Notes under the pieces: model-generated
Told to the model about the DNA's origin: nothing
Databases searched by the model: none
The model's input: the letters and a program-made list of their open reading frames with translations, nothing else
In this document: in pieces, positions 58,295 to 64,000 of the stretch
How the letters are laid out: each line of letters begins with the position of its first letter
How positions within the stretch are numbered: position 1 is the first letter of the stretch
Program-made: the position numbers and the translations under genes
DNA from: Candidatus Omnitrophota bacterium
GTDB taxonomy: Bacteria > Omnitrophota > Gorgyraeia > Pluralincolimonadales > Pluralincolimonadaceae
Length of the DNA: 64,000 bases
Reading direction: 5' to 3'
Assembly: GCA_003141835.1 (NCBI GenBank)
Contig: PLNR01000009.1
Coordinates: 136,307-200,306 of the forward strand

Positions 58295-59043
58295 CCTTGC
58301 TTAGCCTGTTCCATTATCTCATCGGGGATGTCAAAATTCGCGTATACGTTCTGGACGTCTTCGTAATCTTCCAGAGCTTCGACGAGCGACAGGACCTGTT
58401 TCGCGGGAGTGCCGGCAACCTTTACGGTCATCGTCGGGATACTGGTCACCTCGGCCAGCTGGCATTCGATCTTGTTGTCATCGAGCGCCTTCTTGACCTT
58501 CTCGAAATCCTGGGGGGCTGTCGTTATCTCATAGACATTATCTTCGGTCTTCATGTCTTCGGCGCCCGCGTTGAGAGCTATGTCCATAAGCTTGTCCTCA
58601 TCTATCTTGGATTTCTCGATGGCTATGAGCCCCTTCTTATGGAAGATACGCGCGACAGAGCCTGAGCCGGCCATATTGCCGCCCTTGCGGGTGAGGATGT
58701 TCTTTATTTCCGCCGAGGCCCTGTTCTTGTTGTCGGTCAGGGCTTCTACCATTATCGCCACGCCGCCGGGCCCGTAGATCTCGTAATTGATAGTCTCATA
58801 GACGACACCGGGAAGCTCGCCGGTGCCCTTCTTTATCGCCTTTTCTATGTTGTCCTTGGGCATGTTCACTTCCCTGGCCTTTGCCAGGGCAAAGCGAAGC
58901 CTGGGATTCGTATCCGGGTCGCCGCCCCCGTCCTTTGCGGCGACAGTGATCTCTTTGGTCGCCTTGGTAAACGCCTTACCTTTTACCGCGTCAGCGGCCG
59001 CTTTTTTGTTCTTTTGTGTCTTCCATTTTGAATGTCCGGACAT
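58291..59043 (-). CDS. yebC: YebC/PmpR family protein
   Basis: MSGHSKW, NPRLR, YE.YGPGG, TDNKNR motifs. Confidence 0.96.
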   Translation of the reverse strand: MSGHSKWKTQKNKKAAADAVKGKAFTKATKEITVAAKDGGGDPDTNPRLRFALAKAREVNMPKDNIEKAIKKGTGELPGVVYETINYEIYGPGGVAIMVEALTDNKNRASAEIKNILTRKGGNMAGSGSVARIFHKKGLIAIEKSKIDEDKLMDIALNAGAEDMKTEDNVYEITTAPQDFEKVKKALDDNKIECQLAEVTSIPTMTVKVAGTPAKQVLSLVEALEDYEDVQNVYANFDIPDEIMEQAKQG

Positions 59044-59085
59044 CTCAGGAAATACCTCCGATTTAGAGTGGTTTTTGGATACGAA

Positions 59086-59115
59086 ATTATACCATTTAAG
59101 GGATTAAAATGTAAA
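59086..59115 (-). promoter_or_regulatory. Sigma70 promoter of the yebC-ruv operon
   Basis: TTTACA-18 bp-TATAAT with extended TG. Confidence 0.65.
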
Positions 59116-59137
59116 GGATTTTTGGGCGGGAACCGCG

Positions 59138-61189
59138 TTATTTATGGTGCTCGTGGCTGTGGTTGGCGTGGCTGCCGGCTGCTTCTTCAGCCGCCTTCTT
59201 GGTGTTGGCGACTATCAACTGGGTGATCTTGGCGGGGACTTCCTCGTAGTGGTCGAACTTCATCGAATATGAGCCGCGGCCGCCTGTCATTGAGCGGAGC
59301 TCGGTGGCGTATTTGAACATCTCGGACATGGGTATAGTGGCTTTGACATACTCCTGTTTTTCCCTGCCCTCGATGCCCATGATCCTTCCCCGGCGTGAAT
59401 TTATATCGCCGGTTATTTGCCCGAGGTATTCGTTCGGTACGATTATCTCGACATCCATTATAGGCTCGAGCAATACCGGGACTGCCTGTTCCTGGCCGCT
59501 CTTAAAGGCCATCGAACCGGCTATCTGGAATGCCATATCCGACGAATCGACCTCGTGGAATGAACCGTCGTAGACGATCACCCTGATATCGACTACCGGA
59601 TATCCCGCGAGAGAACCCTTGATCATCGCTTCCCTTACGCCCTTCTCTACAGACGGGATAAATTGCCTCGGGATCGCTCCGCCGACGACTTTGTCCACGA
59701 ACTCGAATTGCTGCCCGTGCGGCAACGGCTGGAGTTCCAGCCAGCAGTCGCCGTATTGCCCGCGGCCGCCGGACTGCCTCTTGAATTTACCCTGTATCTT
59801 GACAATCTTTCTTATCGTCTCTTTATACGGGACTTTCGGGACACCGACCTCTACTTCCACGCCGAAACGCTTCTTCATCCTGTCAAGCATCACGTCCAGG
59901 TGGAGGTCTCCCATCCCTGATATTACTAGCTCGTGCGTCTGCTCGTTGCGCGTGATCTTGAATGTCGGGTCTTCCGAGGCGAGGCGCGTCAATGCGCCCA
60001 TTATCTTCTCCTCATCCTGGCGTGTCTTGGGTTTTACGGAGTCTGATATGCACGGGTCCGGGAATGTCGTCGCAGGGAAGACGATGGGATTTTTCTCGTC
60101 GCAAAGGGTATCGTTATTATGGGAATCCTTGAGCTTGGCGACCGCGGCTATGTCCCCGGCGCCGGCCTTCTGTATGGGCACCTGCTCCTTGCCCTGCAGC
60201 ACATAGATCTGCCCTATGCGCTCCTTGAGGTCCCTCGATGAATTATAGAATCCCGTGTTCGATTCTATCGTCCCTGAGAATACCCTGAAGAGCGTAAGGT
60301 GGCCTACATAAGGATCGAATATATCCTTGAATATGAAAGCCGAGAAGGGTTCGGTATCGACGGGATTCCTTTTGGCCGGTTCTTTCGTCTTCGGATTTAT
60401 GCCCTCGATCGGCGGCCTGTCTGCCGGCGACGGAAAGAGGTCTACGATCGCGTCCAAAAGCTGCGTCACCCCGATATTCTGGACGGCTGAGCCGCAAAAA
60501 ACCGGGATGATCTTTCCCGAGATACACGCCGACTTTAGCGCCTTGGCCATCTCCTCCTGGGAGATCTCCTTGCCTTCAAGGAATTCCTCGGTAAGCGTGT
60601 CGTCGGTCTCGACGACCGCGTCGAGCAGCTCTTCCTTATACCTTCCGTCCTTAGGCAGGACGCTCTCTACGCCTTTGAGCGAAGATTGTTCCCCTGCGGG
60701 AAGCTGGAGCGCGACGCACTGTTTACCGAACCTGTCGCGTATCGAGTTAAGGGTGTTCTCAAAACTTGCATTCTCTTTATCGAGTTTATTTATGAATATC
60801 GCGCGCGGGAGGTTCCTCTCCTCGAGGAATTGCCATACGCGCTCGGTCCCGACCTCGATGCCGTGCACCGCCTCGACCAGAAGCACGGCCGCATCAGCCG
60901 CCCGCAGCGGGGCTATAACGTCGCCGACGAAATCTGCGTACCCCGGCGTGTCGAGGATATGGACCCTTGTGTTCTTCCAGATGAGGTGGAGGAATTTCGA
61001 GGTGATGGAGATCTTACGTTCTATCTCGTCGGCGTTGTAGTCGGAGTGGGTGTTGCCTTCCGCAACTTTTCCGAGCCGGGTGGTCATCTTGGCGTTAAAG
61101 AGGAGCGCCTCGATCAGTGAAGTCTTCCCCGAACCGGAATGCGAAACGAAGATTACGTTACGGATGTTTTGCGCGGGGTATCTATCCAT
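59138..61189 (-). CDS. fusA: Elongation factor G paralog (EF-G2 type)
   Basis: Full EF-G domain layout (GMGDLHL, KRQSGGRGQYG, DGSFHEVDSS); divergent G motifs HSGSGKT, RKISI, DTPGY; stand-alone, outside the str operon. Confidence 0.92.
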   Translation of the reverse strand: MDRYPAQNIRNVIFVSHSGSGKTSLIEALLFNAKMTTRLGKVAEGNTHSDYNADEIERKISITSKFLHLIWKNTRVHILDTPGYADFVGDVIAPLRAADAAVLLVEAVHGIEVGTERVWQFLEERNLPRAIFINKLDKENASFENTLNSIRDRFGKQCVALQLPAGEQSSLKGVESVLPKDGRYKEELLDAVVETDDTLTEEFLEGKEISQEEMAKALKSACISGKIIPVFCGSAVQNIGVTQLLDAIVDLFPSPADRPPIEGINPKTKEPAKRNPVDTEPFSAFIFKDIFDPYVGHLTLFRVFSGTIESNTGFYNSSRDLKERIGQIYVLQGKEQVPIQKAGAGDIAAVAKLKDSHNNDTLCDEKNPIVFPATTFPDPCISDSVKPKTRQDEEKIMGALTRLASEDPTFKITRNEQTHELVISGMGDLHLDVMLDRMKKRFGVEVEVGVPKVPYKETIRKIVKIQGKFKRQSGGRGQYGDCWLELQPLPHGQQFEFVDKVVGGAIPRQFIPSVEKGVREAMIKGSLAGYPVVDIRVIVYDGSFHEVDSSDMAFQIAGSMAFKSGQEQAVPVLLEPIMDVEIIVPNEYLGQITGDINSRRGRIMGIEGREKQEYVKATIPMSEMFKYATELRSMTGGRGSYSMKFDHYEEVPAKITQLIVANTKKAAEEAAGSHANHSHEHHK

Positions 61190-61200
61190 AAGTACTAGTC

Positions 61201-61229
61201 AATATAACGTAGGCGCAAATCCTTGTCAA
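61201..61229 (-). promoter_or_regulatory. Sigma70 promoter of the EF-G paralog
   Basis: TTGACA-17 bp-TATATT, 11 nt before the ATG. Confidence 0.65.
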
Positions 61230-61246
61230 GCGGAAAAAACAGCCTC

Positions 61247-62230
61247 TTATCTTGAAACGATCAGGCGGATCTCTTTGCGCGCGTCGGCCAGCGTCGAATT
61301 GATCGAATTTTTCAGGAATTGCGGGTCGAGCATCATCGAGGTTGGCCCCTGCCCTACTTCGCCGGGTTTCTCCTGCGCGACAAATTCCAATGAATAGGCC
61401 GTATTAAGAAGAATAAGCTGGCGAAAGGATACTTCCAGGCTGCCGTGCACCTTGGGATATAAAGTCTTGACGTTCCCGTTCGAGAAAAGCGCGAACGTCT
61501 GCATCTGGTCTTGAGCGGACCGGAGCCACGAAGCGGACCATTTGCCCCATTTCTCTTTATCGAAATTTTTCTTATTCTTTTCGTAAGCTGTGTTCAGGTC
61601 GTCGTAAAGCGACTGGATCCTGTCCGCGGTTTCGGAGAGGCGCTGCTTATCGCTCTTCTCCCTTTCGCTCACCTGCGCGGACGAACCTACAACCAGATCG
61701 CATGATCCCGCGCCTATCTCCTTATTATCCTTTTCCGCCCTGGCTTCGATGACGTATTTACCCGGGGATAGCACTCTTTCGAAGGGCTCGATAAGGGTGA
61801 AAAAGTCCCCGCTCCGGAGGGTGATACGCTTCGTTATGAGGACCTTCTCCTGCCTCTTAAAATTGAGCGTAAGCTTTGTCCCGCGCGGAAGTCCGGCCGA
61901 GCCCGTGATCCTTATTTTGCTCCTTGCGTATTCGGCTTTTAAGTCTATATTTGAAAGCGCTTCGGGCCCTTTAAGCGCAGCGTCTTCGGACCCAGAACCT
62001 TCGGATTTTGAATAACCTTCGGCCGGCTCTTTTATCTCAAAAGACTTGACGTCTTTCATGCCCAGCTTCATCTTGCCGGAGCCCAACTTTATCTCGATAT
62101 AATCACCGGACTGGTTTATTATCTGCCCGTTAAGCGTCCTGCCGTTCTGGAGCGTCAAGGTATCGGCACGTGATGAAATAACCGTGGAAAAAACTACCGC
62201 TATCGTCAAAATTATACACGCCTTCTTCAT
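61247..62230 (-). CDS. Hypothetical secreted protein
   Basis: Signal peptide (SRA|D), N-terminal DTLTLQNGRTLNGQI beta module, Ig-like PGKYVIE segment; ATG overlaps the upstream stop. Confidence 0.75.
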   Translation of the reverse strand: MKKACIILTIAVVFSTVISSRADTLTLQNGRTLNGQIINQSGDYIEIKLGSGKMKLGMKDVKSFEIKEPAEGYSKSEGSGSEDAALKGPEALSNIDLKAEYARSKIRITGSAGLPRGTKLTLNFKRQEKVLITKRITLRSGDFFTLIEPFERVLSPGKYVIEARAEKDNKEIGAGSCDLVVGSSAQVSEREKSDKQRLSETADRIQSLYDDLNTAYEKNKKNFDKEKWGKWSASWLRSAQDQMQTFALFSNGNVKTLYPKVHGSLEVSFRQLILLNTAYSLEFVAQEKPGEVGQGPTSMMLDPQFLKNSINSTLADARKEIRLIVSR

Positions 62231-64000
62231 GACCCTTCCCTCCAATATTTAATACGCACCGTAGGTAAATAAGTGCAAGTCAGGTCTTCAAAGACCGGGG
62301 TCTGCGAGCTCGTTGTATACTGGTCCTTATTGATATCCGATTTGGCTAAGACGATCTTGTATTGAATCCAGGGTTCGGTCCCGCCTATAGCCGCGCCATT
62401 ACTGACTGCGGCGGTCCATGAATCCGTCGCCAGGATATTGCTATAGGAATTGGCTGTCCTGACATATACGTTTACGGTGTTAGCGGCCGATGTCTGGGCC
62501 GACCAGGATATGGTCCCCCACTTTACGGATGCCCCGGTGTAAAACGGCGCGGAGACAAGATACCCTCTCTCCGGTATGCAACGGATATCATCCCAATGCG
62601 TCTGCATCTCGGTGACGGCGCCGGCATAAGGCCAAGTGTCATTAGCGCCTATTATATGTTGTCCCCTATCAAGGTCGGTCCAGTCAGCGCCCAGATACTG
62701 GTTGTTTGCCACAAATTTAAATATAGGATTTGACGGGTAACCGGCCGCCCAATTCGCCACGTTATTCCTCTGGATGCCGTTTACCCAGGAGGCATACTCG
62801 GCTCTACTCGATCCGTTATCCCATCCTATCATCGCCATGACTTTCTCCGCAAGATAATCAAATTGCGGATGGAAGAACGCGCCCTGATAAAGCCGTATCT
62901 CGCAAGTGTCCCCATCCGGCCAGAGAGGCTTGGGCTCGGTCGATACCGGATCTGTTCCGTGCGCGTCGGTTAACAATGTCTTGTAACCATTGGGTAACAG
63001 GCAATTCGCCCACCCCTGAGAATCATCGGCGGAGCCTTTGGCGAAAAGCCAGCAACCGCAGCCGGTCCCTTCCGGCTGCCAATAGTGATAACTTCCCGGC
63101 GCAGGAATAGCTTCCAAGGCGGTATTCTTTTTAAGATCCGGACTGTATATATACACCGGGGCATCGCCGTTATAGGCGTCATAAACAGGAAAAACTTGTG
63201 GGTCGTCTAAGATGTAATTAAAAGGGTAAACTGGATTTTGATGATAATCTAGTTGGCCATTACCGTTTATGTCGTAATAATAAATACTTTTGTAATTATT
63301 TGTTTGGTCCTTGCCAGCGCCCGGATAACGTCCCATAGGAGGCGCCGGCGGAACCGCAAGCGGATATAATGTCCCGTTCCCTCTCCAGGCTATCCTGGTA
63401 GACGGGGCAGGTTCTTTCACGTAAGCCCTCACGAACACGCTTTCGGTGTTGGGCCTAAAGTAATACCTGTTCAGCTCAAAATGCTTCGCCTCGAACGTAT
63501 TGCATTTGATGTAAATTTCGTTGTCTCCATCCCCGTCGTTATCCCTGATATCCTGAAAACTTATATTTAAGGTCACGTCCGGGATATTCCACCACGAGCG
63601 ATTCCATTGATAACCCTTCATCATGACGGTGGAAAAAGCCGGGTCCTCGTCGAAATTGTCCCAGTACCCGAGTTTTACCGAATCAGGCGTTTTGGTATAA
63701 GTTCCGGCCTCTTCCCAGCGCATCTTTCCGGCGACGGCGTCCCAGTAATCGCCCTCGGTCGGGCAGCTGTCGAGCCAATTCACGTTAAAGACCTCGCCGT
63801 CGCGGAAATTACCCTGTTCATTGAACCAGGCCGCGTAGAACTCCTCTTTTGTCGTCTGCGTCCATGTGCCGAAGACCTCGACCGTCGCGGTCACCTGCCT
63901 GGTCGCCACCGTCTGGCCGCTATTCAGGACTGAAGCCGTCGAAGTTATGGTGTATATCCCCGCGTGGTTGTATGTAAGGCCCGTCTTCATCAGGGGGTCA
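62227..64000 (-). CDS. C-terminal part of a large extracellular protein, possibly PilX/PilY-like; 5' end outside the window
   Basis: Frame is open to the window edge. YTITSTASV...VATRQVTATVEV resembles PilX-like proteins; Trp/Tyr/Asn-rich with Ca-binding-like DNDGDGDNE and DINGNGQLD. Confidence 0.6.
   Translation of the reverse strand, partial: DPLMKTGLTYNHAGIYTITSTASVLNSGQTVATRQVTATVEVFGTWTQTTKEEFYAAWFNEQGNFRDGEVFNVNWLDSCPTEGDYWDAVAGKMRWEEAGTYTKTPDSVKLGYWDNFDEDPAFSTVMMKGYQWNRSWWNIPDVTLNISFQDIRDNDGDGDNEIYIKCNTFEAKHFELNRYYFRPNTESVFVRAYVKEPAPSTRIAWRGNGTLYPLAVPPAPPMGRYPGAGKDQTNNYKSIYYYDINGNGQLDYHQNPVYPFNYILDDPQVFPVYDAYNGDAPVYIYSPDLKKNTALEAIPAPGSYHYWQPEGTGCGCWLFAKGSADDSQGWANCLLPNGYKTLLTDAHGTDPVSTEPKPLWPDGDTCEIRLYQGAFFHPQFDYLAEKVMAMIGWDNGSSRAEYASWVNGIQRNNVANWAAGYPSNPIFKFVANNQYLGADWTDLDRGQHIIGANDTWPYAGAVTEMQTHWDDIRCIPERGYLVSAPFYTGASVKWGTISWSAQTSAANTVNVYVRTANSYSNILATDSWTAAVSNGAAIGGTEPWIQYKIVLAKSDINKDQYTTSSQTPVFEDLTCTYLPTVRIKYWREGS

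Overview
A bacterial core-genome window in which all but one gene lie on the minus strand. Gene content, gene order and protein style suggest a PVC-superphylum organism, most likely Candidatus Omnitrophota (inference, not database-checked). In transcription order (right to left) it holds: a partial large PilX-like protein, a secreted hypothetical protein, EF-G2, yebC-ruvCAB-spoIID-queA-tgt-yajC-secDF-CDF-recJ, rpmB (the only plus-strand gene), recG-rsmD-coaD-yceD-rpmF-plsX-fabHDG-acpP-fabF directly followed by acyl-CoA dehydrogenase/EtfB/ferredoxin-EtfA, cvpA-nif3-dnaG-rpoD, an accessory block (AT-rich membrane protein plus radical SAM/SPASM enzyme, polyferredoxin membrane protein, TolC-EmrA-EmrB), tRNA-Ile2 and tRNA-Val, zinc-ribbon protein, RNase HI, RNase P RNA, PilZ, a PilT-like protein, a structured repeat region, the dcw cluster mraZ to ftsA, and yggS-proC-yggT-punA. 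Most notable observations: (1) ftsZ is absent from the dcw cluster and FtsA has degenerate ATP-binding motifs; (2) short palindromes are inserted in frame in recG, fabD and rsmD and resemble intergenic hairpin repeats; (3) an orphan radical SAM/SPASM enzyme is coupled to a large membrane-anchored protein; (4) a CarCDE-like ETF module directly follows a fatty-acid synthesis cluster that has no enoyl reductase gene; (5) the PilT paralog has lost its Walker B glutamate; (6) several dcw genes appear to need non-AUG starts.
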